A stretch of 64,000 bases of DNA, taken from contig CAJARJ010000020.1 of assembly GCA_903944345.1 (NCBI GenBank), positions 18,110 to 82,109 of the forward strand, read 5' to 3'. Shown piece by piece: positions 1 to 9,299 of the stretch; the first letter of the stretch is position 1, and each line of letters starts with the position of its first letter. Made by a program: the position numbers and the translations under genes. A model generated the notes under the pieces. The model ran no database searches. It was not told the DNA's origin and was given only the letters and a program-made list of their open reading frames with translations. The DNA comes from Candidatus Omnitrophota bacterium. GTDB taxonomy: Bacteria > Omnitrophota > Gorgyraeia > Zapsychrales > Fredricksoniimonadaceae.

Positions 1-813
1 CCCCAGTTCATCCGCCGCCCGCTTCAATTCATCCGGCTTCATCGGACGATAATGCCAGATCGGCACATCTTCCATAAAAGAGATCCCTTTACCTTTCACT
101 GTGTGTGCCACGATCAAGGACGGTTTTCCGGACATTAACGGAAGCCGGGCAAACAACGCACTCAGCGCATCAACATCATGCCCATCAACCTCAGTTACCG
201 CCCAGCCAAAGGCCTTCCATTTCTCTGCCATCGGCTCCATCGGGATGATCTTATCCAAATGATCCATCGCCTGAAGCTTGTTATAATCCACAATGACCGT
301 CAAATTATCAAGCCCAACCGAAGGAGCGAATAAGGCCGTTTCCCAAATACTGCCCTCTTGACACTCCCCATCCCCAATCACTACAAAAACTCTGTATAAT
401 TTTCCATCCTTTTTCCCCGCCAACGCGACTCCGGCACCAAAGGGAAGTCCATGGCCCAATGCCCCAGTCGATGCTTCAATCCCGGGAACCTTATGCATAT
501 CCGGATGCCCGCCAAGGATCGTACCCTTACGTCCGAAAGTATCCAAATGCTCCAACGCAAAAAAACCAAGATCCGCAAGGATCGCATATAACGCCACCCC
601 GCCATGACCCTTGCTTAATATGAACCGATCTCGATCAGGTGCCTTAGGATGTTGCGGATCGACCCTGAGAACTCCATAATAAAGAACCGTCAAAACATCC
701 AGCATGGAGAATGAGGTCGGGAGATGCCCTCCGCCCCCATTGCACATGGTTTTAAAAATACTTTGACGCAACTGACGGGCCTTTGCCCCCAACTGCTCAA
801 TTGATAACAGCAT
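1..813 (-). CDS. transketolase, N-terminal (thiamine-diphosphate-binding) subunit of a split transketolase; 3' end at or just beyond the window edge
   Basis: Minus-strand ORF from ATG at 813 (absent from the ORF track because it is open at position 1). Translation MLLSIEQLGAKARQL...NGGGGHLPTSFS...SKGHGG...IGDGECQEG carries the TPP-binding motifs of transketolase N-terminal subunits. Length ~271 aa equals a full N-terminal subunit. Confidence 0.8.
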   Translation of the reverse strand, partial: MLLSIEQLGAKARQLRQSIFKTMCNGGGGHLPTSFSMLDVLTVLYYGVLRVDPQHPKAPDRDRFILSKGHGGVALYAILADLGFFALEHLDTFGRKGTILGGHPDMHKVPGIEASTGALGHGLPFGAGVALAGKKDGKLYRVFVVIGDGECQEGSIWETALFAPSVGLDNLTVIVDYNKLQAMDHLDKIIPMEPMAEKWKAFGWAVTEVDGHDVDALSALFARLPLMSGKPSLIVAHTVKGKGISFMEDVPIWHYRPMKPDELKRAADELG

Positions 814-2443
814 GTTTACCTCTCTTCATGAACGCATAAAACCGCCTGATAGGAAGAAAAAACCGGAAAACCCCCGGACTGATCACCATCCAACGGATAA
901 TCCATAGAAAACGCATCTGATACTTGAACATCTCAAGATCAAAAAAGCGCGGATCAGATCTATCGATAAAGGTCCTTTGAAAGCAGTGCTTACAAATAAT
1001 AAATCCGCGCCAGGCAGATGCAGAATGACTCAAATCCAGATAACAATTCTCATTCAGTCCACCGCAAAAACTGCAATGGATGTTCAACACATGCCGACCA
1101 TCTGGTCTTTTGCCCAGCACAAACACCTTGGCATAAAGAGCTCTTGTGCGATATACGCTCTCAAAAATGGCCTTCTTGTACATATAATCATATTCATCTT
1201 CAGAAAGCTTCGTCATATTATAGTGCCTGCTGCTCGGCGACATATGATGTGTCCGACGATCATCAAGCTTTCCGGACCTCACAAGATCATGATAAAGAGT
1301 TGTTCCTGGATAAGGATGGATGGGCGCAAATATAATATCAATCTTGGGGAACTTTCTGGCAAACGCGATCGTCTCTCCCAGCGTCTCCAATGTTTCCGCA
1401 GGATCACCAAAAATAAATCCCCCCTGAATACACAGTTTCGCCTTGATGCAGCCGAGTATCCCCCGCTCGATCTGAGCAGGAGATATCCCTTTCTTCATAC
1501 TCTTGAGGACCGTCGGACTGGCGCTCTCAAAGCCCATGCTCAACAAATAACAACCAGAATCTTTCAACATCGCCAGCAAATCATCATCCAGCGAAGGCAC
1601 TCGCGCCTGACAAAGCCATGGCAGTCCCAGAGTTTTTAGTTCCCTGCACGCTTCTTTAGCCCTCTTCTTGTCCGTAATGAACATTTCATCGGCAATATAA
1701 AGGATATTGACCTTATATGTCTCTACTAAATAACGAATCTCCGCCATAAAATTGGCGATCGATCTGACCCTATAATTACCGCCCGTGATACGGAAACAAA
1801 ACGTACACTGGCTTACACAATCCCGGCTAGACACGGGAAATGCCGGTCTTCTGACAAAATCATTCCCTTGAATGGCACACAGCTCCTGTTCAACATGATT
1901 AACATACTGATCAAGAAAAACACCGTACTCAAATCCCTCGTAATCCGGAAAAGGCAATTCATCTAAAACCTCGATCAACGGGGTCGGCGGCGTCTTTACC
2001 ACCCGTCCATTCTCGAGAAAAGCGATTCCTGTAACACGATGAAAATCCCCTCCGCTGCCAAGTGCCTTTAACAGCAGATCTGTCGTAACCTCTCCCTCTC
2101 CAAGAACAAGAACATCAGGTCTTAATTCAGGTAATATGAAATCAGGGTCTGCTGAAGCGATCGCTCCCCCCAAAAAAATACAGGCTTTAGGGGCTAATTC
2201 ACGAACTGTCTGAATGATCGCTATCATCTGGGGCATATGAATAAAAAGCCCTCCGGTCCCTACTGCATCATAATTGCACGCCAAAAGAACATCTTTAAGC
2301 TTGGATTCCGGATAATGATTTAAATTCAACGCATCAACAGAATATCCCTTCTGTTTCAAATACGCCGATATATACATCACCCCCAAAGGAATGTGTTGAT
2401 AATTCTCCCGGCCATAATTAGGGACTATCAGCAATATTTTCAT
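797..2443 (-). CDS. B12-binding radical SAM protein (class B radical SAM methyltransferase-like)
   Basis: 548-aa ORF. N-terminal Rossmann-like cobalamin-binding region (MKILLIVPNY...) followed by a CxxxCxxC cluster (CVSQCTFC) and the radical SAM core. Confidence 0.8.
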   Translation of the reverse strand: MKILLIVPNYGRENYQHIPLGVMYISAYLKQKGYSVDALNLNHYPESKLKDVLLACNYDAVGTGGLFIHMPQMIAIIQTVRELAPKACIFLGGAIASADPDFILPELRPDVLVLGEGEVTTDLLLKALGSGGDFHRVTGIAFLENGRVVKTPPTPLIEVLDELPFPDYEGFEYGVFLDQYVNHVEQELCAIQGNDFVRRPAFPVSSRDCVSQCTFCFRITGGNYRVRSIANFMAEIRYLVETYKVNILYIADEMFITDKKRAKEACRELKTLGLPWLCQARVPSLDDDLLAMLKDSGCYLLSMGFESASPTVLKSMKKGISPAQIERGILGCIKAKLCIQGGFIFGDPAETLETLGETIAFARKFPKIDIIFAPIHPYPGTTLYHDLVRSGKLDDRRTHHMSPSSRHYNMTKLSEDEYDYMYKKAIFESVYRTRALYAKVFVLGKRPDGRHVLNIHCSFCGGLNENCYLDLSHSASAWRGFIICKHCFQRTFIDRSDPRFFDLEMFKYQMRFLWIIRWMVISPGVFRFFLPIRRFYAFMKRGKHAVIN

Positions 2444-2518
2444 ACACTACTGTCTTTCCCTTACTTGAAAGATTCTCAATATCTTCTCCTGTCCTCCGAC
2501 ACAAGCACCCCCAAAACT

Positions 2519-3826
2519 CTATCTATCTACCTCCGATGGGATACAATAAAGAACAGTCTCCCATTTTTCATAAGAATACGTCCTGCAATAAAACCTGTAA
2601 TCCGGACACATGGACATTAAACGAAGTGGCATTTCAAAAAAGTCCCGATTCCTGTGATAAATACTAAATGCTACCTGGGGACGGAACTTCTTGATCAGGA
2701 CATCCATTCCTTCCAGGATCGCATCCTCCCCTCCATCAGTGTCAACCTTAACAAGATCAACCCTTTCAAGGGAAAGAATGCTTACAAGATCCCGCATGCG
2801 GATAGCCCTGAACTTCTTTGCCCCACCATTCCCGAACCCGGAGGAGTCGACCACGGTATCATTCTGCAAGCCATCCCGACACGCCGTATGTACGTCTCCG
2901 ATGCAGGTCAATTCCACTTCTGCTAGCGTTTCCGAAACGGCACGATCGATAAACTCAAGTCTCCCAGGGAAGACCTTTCCCCATTCACGTACATATGGTG
3001 ACAGCTGCTCATCCCCCGTCGGATCGATATTAAATATTTTTTGAACATCAAAAGACAAAAAATATGGAATTTCAAACCCGCGCCCCACACCAAAGTTCAA
3101 AACAACCGAAAGATTATCCAACTTGATATAATCGATATACTGCGGAAGTTCAATAAGACCGCGATAATAATTCTTCCACTGGCTCACAGCATCACCGAAC
3201 ATAACATTATGGTAAAGATCCCTCGAGAGATCATCAGACAACCGCCGGAAAACCTCTGATATCTGTTGCAGATCAGTCTCTCGAAGATCCATGGAATCAT
3301 CAATAAGATAGCTAATGCCCAGCTTGCGTTCCCGGCTTAAATGATAACCGGTTTTTTCGAGAGCTGGAATAAACCGCAATATCCCGTTCTTGCCAGAACG
3401 ACGAATCCGCCAATGGCTAGCGATGAACCTTGAAGCATCTTTAGTCACCCGCCCATGTACCTGAATATACTTACCCCACATCTGTTCATCAAACTGACCA
3501 TAACGCTCTTGAAGCTGATTTTCAACCAGACGAAAAATGGTATCATGCGTTCCCCAGTAATCCTCCGTGTTATAAACATGCAGGATCTTTCGTCCAGTCT
3601 TAACATTCAGGATATCCGGCTTCGTCGACAGAAGAACGCTGTCTGCCATCAAATCAGAGATGCTCTGCCGATACCCCCTGAATCTAGTTTCGGGATACAA
3701 GTACGAAAGAATCCTTATCAGCTTCTGATTCTCTTCCAGCGGATGCAACGGATCATCATAAATATAATATTCACGAAGCTCTTTAAGATCAGAAAGTTTT
3801 CTTGAAATCATAACATCCCTTATCAC
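2519..3826 (-). CDS. FkbM-family SAM-dependent methyltransferase with a long N-terminal domain of unknown function
   Basis: 435-aa ORF. C-terminal region (...GFGNGG...VDLVKVDTDGGEDAILEGMDVLIKKFRPQV...) matches the FkbM methyltransferase signature. Confidence 0.55.
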   Translation of the reverse strand: MIRDVMISRKLSDLKELREYYIYDDPLHPLEENQKLIRILSYLYPETRFRGYRQSISDLMADSVLLSTKPDILNVKTGRKILHVYNTEDYWGTHDTIFRLVENQLQERYGQFDEQMWGKYIQVHGRVTKDASRFIASHWRIRRSGKNGILRFIPALEKTGYHLSRERKLGISYLIDDSMDLRETDLQQISEVFRRLSDDLSRDLYHNVMFGDAVSQWKNYYRGLIELPQYIDYIKLDNLSVVLNFGVGRGFEIPYFLSFDVQKIFNIDPTGDEQLSPYVREWGKVFPGRLEFIDRAVSETLAEVELTCIGDVHTACRDGLQNDTVVDSSGFGNGGAKKFRAIRMRDLVSILSLERVDLVKVDTDGGEDAILEGMDVLIKKFRPQVAFSIYHRNRDFFEMPLRLMSMCPDYRFYCRTYSYEKWETVLYCIPSEVDR

Positions 3827-3859
3827 TAACGACCACGCCTCTTTTCAACGCACCATTAA

Positions 3860-4927
3860 TCAGATAAAATTCACATGTGCCGGCGGACGTTTAATCTCCC
3901 ACAAATAACGGTTCACCTCATCCATCCGGCAGTTCAATCGGCAGTGCGACGCATCGAAATCCTGCTCGACCCACCGCAGGGAATCCTTGCGCTTTGGCCC
4001 AGTCCAGATCTCTTCAAAGGTATTCTGATAAATATTGCCGTAAGCAAAACGCTCATCGCCCAGATAAACACTGCAGCCCCACACATTCCCGCCGGCATCG
4101 ATATACGACCAGAACGGAAGCGCTATGCAGCGGTTATAAGGCTTGTGCCCTTCATCCCATTTCTTCATGGTGTTCAGACGAAAAATGACCTGAAAGTCTG
4201 ATGCATTCTCTTTCATCAGTTCGTCCTGAAGATACAAATAATCACTGTATTTCACCTGGCTATAAACATTCGTCTGACTTTGGGGATGCTGGGAATACGG
4301 CTTGATCACCAGATAATCCAGTCCAAGGTTCCGGGCCAATCGTGCCAGCGCCACGGCCTCATGATGATTGTCAGGCAAAAGCAGAAGCTGCATGCCGATT
4401 GTGCAGGAATATTTGTTCTCCCGTCGGATCCTCACCGCTTCCTTCAGATTCTCCATCAGACGGGGAAAGTCATTCTCGGTCGTGCGATGAATCTTGGCAT
4501 ACGTGGATGCCGTTGCCCCGTTGATACTGATCTTAATCCATTCCGTAACGCCCAGAATCTTTTCCGAGATTTCCTTCTTCATCAGAACACCATTGGTCGT
4601 GAAAGCCGTATCGATCCCGCTCTTTTTAGTATGCTGCGTAATCTCCACCATATCTTTGTGCAGAAAGGGCTCGCCCTCGCCGGCAAACATCATGCTCCGC
4701 AACCCCAGTCGCCCCAACTCCGACAGTCTTTCTTTCAAAAGCCCTGTTTCCAGAAACCGCCGCTGGTATTCCATGAAATCAAGTGCACAATACACGCACC
4801 GGTGATTACATGCTCCCGCTGGACTTATCTCCATATAAAGCGGATACATCGTCTTCCCCGCCTTCCATTCCGCCAGGCGATCCACATGGTACATCAACTT
4901 GTGGCTGTCGATTTTGTACTTGTCCAT
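3860..4927 (-). CDS. radical SAM protein (possibly SPASM/twitch type)
   Basis: 355-aa ORF with CNHRCVYC (CxxxCxxC) near the N-terminus and additional Cys-rich C-terminal region. Confidence 0.7.
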   Translation of the reverse strand: MDKYKIDSHKLMYHVDRLAEWKAGKTMYPLYMEISPAGACNHRCVYCALDFMEYQRRFLETGLLKERLSELGRLGLRSMMFAGEGEPFLHKDMVEITQHTKKSGIDTAFTTNGVLMKKEISEKILGVTEWIKISINGATASTYAKIHRTTENDFPRLMENLKEAVRIRRENKYSCTIGMQLLLLPDNHHEAVALARLARNLGLDYLVIKPYSQHPQSQTNVYSQVKYSDYLYLQDELMKENASDFQVIFRLNTMKKWDEGHKPYNRCIALPFWSYIDAGGNVWGCSVYLGDERFAYGNIYQNTFEEIWTGPKRKDSLRWVEQDFDASHCRLNCRMDEVNRYLWEIKRPPAHVNFI

Positions 4928-4935
4928 AACACCTT

Positions 4936-5874
4936 TCAGGAAAGAAGCCTGGTAATATCCTTTAATACCGCCTCAGGCTTGGCCAGTGTGGTGCAGCCAT
5001 CCTTGAAATGAGGACAAATGTTCTCCCGACACGGAAAAAGCTCACAGGAAAAATCCTTGGGATAGAAAGCCACCCCACGTTCATACAAATAGTTTTCCTG
5101 ACAATGCGTTGGTCCGAAAATCACCACAAACGGCTTCTTGAGCGCGATCGCAATATGCATGCCAAAAGAATCGTTGGTCACAAGCAAGCGACATGAATTG
5201 ATCCATTCAAAATAAGCTTCCATATCATTCTGGCCTTGTTGCCAAGATACGGAAAATTTCTTCCCAATCTGCTTCTCGAGTTTTTTCCAATACAACATGG
5301 GCCAGCCCTTTAGCGGCCACTTGTTACCAACAAGATAGTTAAAACCGATATCGAACTTTTCCTTGCCCTTTAGCTGATGCCCGAAAACATATTCCTCACC
5401 CTTCCAATGGGCTCCCACCATGTCAAAAAGGCCTTCCTGCCAATACGCCTTACGGTGACGTTTGCGTTCCAGATCACGACACACATCCAGCACCGCATGT
5501 GTTCCGTCATAGGCTGCCGCCTGACCAGATCGACGATCAAACCGAAAACCATACCGGCGCCAGGCGCTAATAGAATCCGCCAAAGCGCATAATCCCGGAA
5601 CCTTTTCCAGATTGATGACCGTGTCGAACTCCTCCGCCTGCAACTGCAAGACCGAGCTTAAGTCATACCCGAGAATACGATTGATATACGGATTGCCCTT
5701 CAAAATCGGGAAAGCCTTCTCATCGACCAGCCAGGTCACATGAGAATCCTTGTATAGATTAAGAAGAACGGTCGTACGCAACACATCCCCATAGCTCGTG
5801 AAATTGCTAATATCCGCATCCAGAGTCTCGGAATACCCCACCTTGATAATCAAGACCTTATGTTTCTTTTCCAT
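4936..5874 (-). CDS. glycosyltransferase family 9 (heptosyltransferase-like)
   Basis: Start moved to the in-frame ATG at 5874 (MEKKHKVLIIKVGYSETLDAD...), which removes overlap with the upstream gene. C-terminal LVTNDSFGMHIAIALKKPFVVIFGPT is the GT9 signature. Confidence 0.75.
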   Translation of the reverse strand: MEKKHKVLIIKVGYSETLDADISNFTSYGDVLRTTVLLNLYKDSHVTWLVDEKAFPILKGNPYINRILGYDLSSVLQLQAEEFDTVINLEKVPGLCALADSISAWRRYGFRFDRRSGQAAAYDGTHAVLDVCRDLERKRHRKAYWQEGLFDMVGAHWKGEEYVFGHQLKGKEKFDIGFNYLVGNKWPLKGWPMLYWKKLEKQIGKKFSVSWQQGQNDMEAYFEWINSCRLLVTNDSFGMHIAIALKKPFVVIFGPTHCQENYLYERGVAFYPKDFSCELFPCRENICPHFKDGCTTLAKPEAVLKDITRLLS

Positions 5875-6763
5875 CAGACCTCGCCTTGTTCTCATCAAAC
5901 CGAATATCAACTGATGTATACCCGAACTGCTGGTAATGGTTATTCTTGATCTTCACATCACACTCGCTGCACAAACCAAAATTCGGACACGGCAGATGCG
6001 TGCTCGGGAACTCAAAATGCGAGGCTGTGATATTCCCTAACGCGCGCTCCCGACGGTTGAAATACAAATCCGAATGACAAAGATAAACCATGCCATCCGG
6101 CGCCACGGGCATAACTGTATTGCGACATGTGACCTCAATGCCCTGCCGCCTTCCATCTACAGATCCCGGATATTTGAGCTGACCATACATCTTGCCGTCA
6201 TAAAGCCCCAAAAAATCCTTAGCGCGCAATTCTACGCCTTTTTCTTTTGCGTAAACCTTCATAAAAGAGATCTCATCCTCAGACAAAGCAGGATGCGTTA
6301 AATAATACAATCCGATACTGAGAATATCATTCAGACCCGCAATGCGATCCACCAGCTCTTTGAAATCATTCTGCCCTTTGTGAAAACTCACCCGAATTGT
6401 CGGGTATGGTGCCGGACGCTTATTCCAGTCCAACGTCTTCAACTTCAGGAAATATTCCCGGTTCAGAAACGGCGGCAACGCGGTCATGATATCGACCTTA
6501 TGCCGCACATTCTCCATAATCTCGGCAATCCCCTTGTAGAGGAACGGTTCCCCGCCCTGAAGCGAAATAGGCACATCTGTGGGAAGTTCGAGCCGGTTCA
6601 ATGCTTTTATCCACTGATCAGGCGACAAATAAGACGCATCCGGCTGTCCAATAAATTTCGATCCATGATGACTCGTGATGCAATACGGACACTTAAGAAA
6701 ACACTTATCCGTCAGATAAATACCAACGTAATCATAATCTGGAGGGAATATTATTTTTTCCAT
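5858..6763 (-). CDS. radical SAM protein
   Basis: CFLKCPYC (CxxxCxxC) about 25 aa after the proposed ATG at 6763 (MEKIIFPPDYDYVGIYLTDKCFLKCPYC). The longer ORF to 6859 is possible but has a weaker start context. Confidence 0.65.
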   Translation of the reverse strand: MEKIIFPPDYDYVGIYLTDKCFLKCPYCITSHHGSKFIGQPDASYLSPDQWIKALNRLELPTDVPISLQGGEPFLYKGIAEIMENVRHKVDIMTALPPFLNREYFLKLKTLDWNKRPAPYPTIRVSFHKGQNDFKELVDRIAGLNDILSIGLYYLTHPALSEDEISFMKVYAKEKGVELRAKDFLGLYDGKMYGQLKYPGSVDGRRQGIEVTCRNTVMPVAPDGMVYLCHSDLYFNRRERALGNITASHFEFPSTHLPCPNFGLCSECDVKIKNNHYQQFGYTSVDIRFDENKARSDGKET

Positions 6764-6901
6764 GATCGAGCCTATCCTGTCCCGTGTGTCCTTATCATCA
6801 AAAAATACTTTACCAGGCCTCAAAATACAAAAACGGCAGTTCCAGCCGCGACCAGACACTTCAGAGGCCGTTTGGCAGAATCTTTGTTATCCTGTTAATC
6901 T

Positions 6902-7465
6902 TCATACACCTGCCACCATCGACTGCCCCACTAGTGCTGAACTTCTGGCCAACTCCTCAATAACATTAACCACACGCAAAACTTCAGACCCATCGGAAAC
7001 AGCTTGCTCACGGCAAACAAGCACAACACCATCCATCATCGTCTTAACCAAGGCTTCTGTCCGCATCATTTCAACACCATCCCCGTACGATTCCCGGGCT
7101 GTCAGCTCAATAAGCCCCGCCAGATCCGAATCGCCCAAAATATAAAATTTCCGCACACCCGTGTCATGCTCAGCTTTAAGAAGCGCCGCAAGACTCTTTT
7201 TAACCAACCCGATAGAATGAACCGTTTTGATCGTATACCGCACCGACTTTTGCATCTTCTCCGCAAAGCCCTTGGGGGTCAACAAATACTCGACTTTCTT
7301 CTTGTTGAGCTGGCGGATACGAATATAGCCCTTGGTGACCAGGCGGCGGATCAAAAGATTGGTCATGCCCAGAGACAAGTTCATCCGCCGCGAAAGAACG
7401 CGTTGATTGGCCCCCAGGTCACCACCAATAATATTGATCAGTTCAAATTCGCGTTCATCCAGCAC
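6902..7465 (-). CDS. winged-helix (MarR-like) transcriptional regulator
   Basis: 187-aa ORF. N-terminal HTH/wing region (...NQRVLSRRMNLSLGMTNLLIRRLVTKGYIRIRQ...). A palindrome lies ~45 bp upstream of its start. Confidence 0.55.
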   Translation of the reverse strand: MLDEREFELINIIGGDLGANQRVLSRRMNLSLGMTNLLIRRLVTKGYIRIRQLNKKKVEYLLTPKGFAEKMQKSVRYTIKTVHSIGLVKKSLAALLKAEHDTGVRKFYILGDSDLAGLIELTARESYGDGVEMMRTEALVKTMMDGVVLVCREQAVSDGSEVLRVVNVIEELARSSALVGQSMVAGV

Positions 7466-7507
7466 AGATAAAACCTGTTGAAAGTGTTGAAACTTCTAAA
7501 AAAGACC

Positions 7508-7528
7508 GATTGTTCATTTACTGAACAA
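7508..7528. promoter_or_regulatory. perfect inverted repeat ATTGTTCA-N5-TGAACAAT, candidate operator upstream of the regulator gene
   Basis: Read directly: attgttca tttac tgaacaat in the 7466-7688 intergenic region, 43-63 bp upstream of the regulator ATG (7465, minus strand). Confidence 0.35.
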
Positions 7529-7688
7529 TTATAGGCACTCCCCCAGGAAAGTCAAAGCTTTAGAAATACAAAATTTACAAAGTCAAAACGGCATGATTGA
7601 AATAGCGGGAAAGTAAAGGAATAAATGCCAGAACCGCAATGCGCCCGGAAAGAATCGGTCGCCATGATTACTAAATTATCGCTTAGAG

Positions 7689-9134
7689 TCATAGACAACA
7701 GGAATAATTCCGAGCTTTGGCGTCAAATGTTTTATTGTAAGAGTTATAAAAAGCGACGATCTGCTCGATATCCTCCCCCGTAAACTCATTCGTTCTGTAC
7801 CCTAATGATGGTCCTGTTTGGTGCGCTCTAAGAAAATCCGAAAAATTTCTTCTATCCGTCGTGATGCCATATTCTTCGGCATCAAGATTCCAGGGAGAAC
7901 ACGGTTCCATTTCAATACAACAGGCCTTGATATTGATTTGTTTAAATTGCATCCTGAGCAGCCTGATTAGTTTCAAAGTTTCTTTAATGTCATCCCTGGT
8001 TTCAGAAGCCAACCCGGCCGTGAAGAAAACCCGTACTTTAATATCTCTCAAAAAAACATATTTTAGAGTGTCCAGCAGCTCAGTATTGGAATAATAGTAC
8101 CCTTTATTTTGCCTTCTCACCCTTTGAGAACCGCATTCAGGAGAAATTTCCAGAACAGAAGAACATAAGTCAAATGTCATGGCAAACTCATCTATGAATT
8201 GTCTGGAAGGAAGGGCCCAACATTCGAACCCCAAGTTCAGTTTAAGCCCCTCGGCCCGAATCTTTCTAAACAGCTCAATATAGTAATCACCTTTGGGAAG
8301 CGGGTCAAAGCAAGTATGCCATCTTGTGATCCCATATTCATGGCTAGCCCTCTTCAGTTCTCGGACAACCGCACCTTGACTTATAAAAATAATTTCTGAA
8401 CGATGATTGATTATTTTCTGTGCGACCCTTGAACCTCCGCAAAAAGAACAGTTCACAAGACAGCCGCGGCCGCAGTTGTAATAAAAAGTAGCCGGAACAT
8501 TTGATAATAAACCGTCTGCCTTGTTCAAAGGATCCTCAACTCTTAAATAATAATCATAATTCTTGAGGAATTTAAAGTTGGCGAACTCCATAGCATCGAT
8601 AATTTGCTGAGTCGTATTGTACGTTAACCTACTTGACAGAACGGCTCCCCCCTCGCGAAAGAAAAGATTGGCAACCAGATGAAAATCTTTATTTCCAGAG
8701 AAAATCCGGACGAGCAAATCAAGCAAAGGCTGTTCGGATTCCCCGGTTATAATAAAATCAATTTCAGGGAAGCTGGCCATAATCTCCGCGGCATAATAAG
8801 ATGCGGTAAACCCTCCGAGAATGATTCTTGAGCAAGGAATCGCTTCTTTCAAAAGCCTGCAAAGCTCCATCACTTTTACGGATTGACTATGCCAATGAAG
8901 ATTTAGACAGAATACAGTGCGTTTGTTTTCAATTAAATAAGCAGCCAAATCAAAATCCGGATTTAAAATTCTCTCCAACTCCACATTTAAGATCTCACTC
9001 AAGATATAATTTCTGTCAAGAAAACTTGCCAACCCAACCATGCCGATGGGAATTAACGGCGTATATACTGTTTTATCATCCTCAGCAGATGTATGAATAA
9101 AAGTAACCGTATTATCAGTCCTCATATCAGCCAT
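7689..9134 (-). CDS. B12-binding radical SAM protein
   Basis: 481-aa ORF. N-terminal cobalamin-binding-like domain and a CLVNCSFC cluster (CGRGCLVNCSFCGG). Paralogous architecture to 797..2443 and 15218..16693. Confidence 0.75.
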   Translation of the reverse strand: MADMRTDNTVTFIHTSAEDDKTVYTPLIPIGMVGLASFLDRNYILSEILNVELERILNPDFDLAAYLIENKRTVFCLNLHWHSQSVKVMELCRLLKEAIPCSRIILGGFTASYYAAEIMASFPEIDFIITGESEQPLLDLLVRIFSGNKDFHLVANLFFREGGAVLSSRLTYNTTQQIIDAMEFANFKFLKNYDYYLRVEDPLNKADGLLSNVPATFYYNCGRGCLVNCSFCGGSRVAQKIINHRSEIIFISQGAVVRELKRASHEYGITRWHTCFDPLPKGDYYIELFRKIRAEGLKLNLGFECWALPSRQFIDEFAMTFDLCSSVLEISPECGSQRVRRQNKGYYYSNTELLDTLKYVFLRDIKVRVFFTAGLASETRDDIKETLKLIRLLRMQFKQINIKACCIEMEPCSPWNLDAEEYGITTDRRNFSDFLRAHQTGPSLGYRTNEFTGEDIEQIVAFYNSYNKTFDAKARNYSCCL

Positions 9135-9299
9135 AAATCCTTAATAAGTCTCAACAGGAAGACGTCAGGGCCCCCTTCTTGCCACGCGGAAAGCAATACA
9201 TATTGAATTAAATTATAACGAAGAAAGTTAAGAACTGATATTATAATCTCATGTAATGTGGCTCTCTCAGACAATTCCGATACCAAAACCTGAAATCCT

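Noticed and set aside
381-605. 74-aa minus-strand ORF
   Set aside because: Lies in a different frame within the transketolase N-terminal subunit gene. That gene is the true coding frame, based on its TPP-binding motifs.
977-1639. 220-aa plus-strand ORF
   Set aside because: Lies entirely antisense within the well-supported B12-radical SAM gene (797-2443). Low-complexity translation with no motif. Treated as a shadow ORF.
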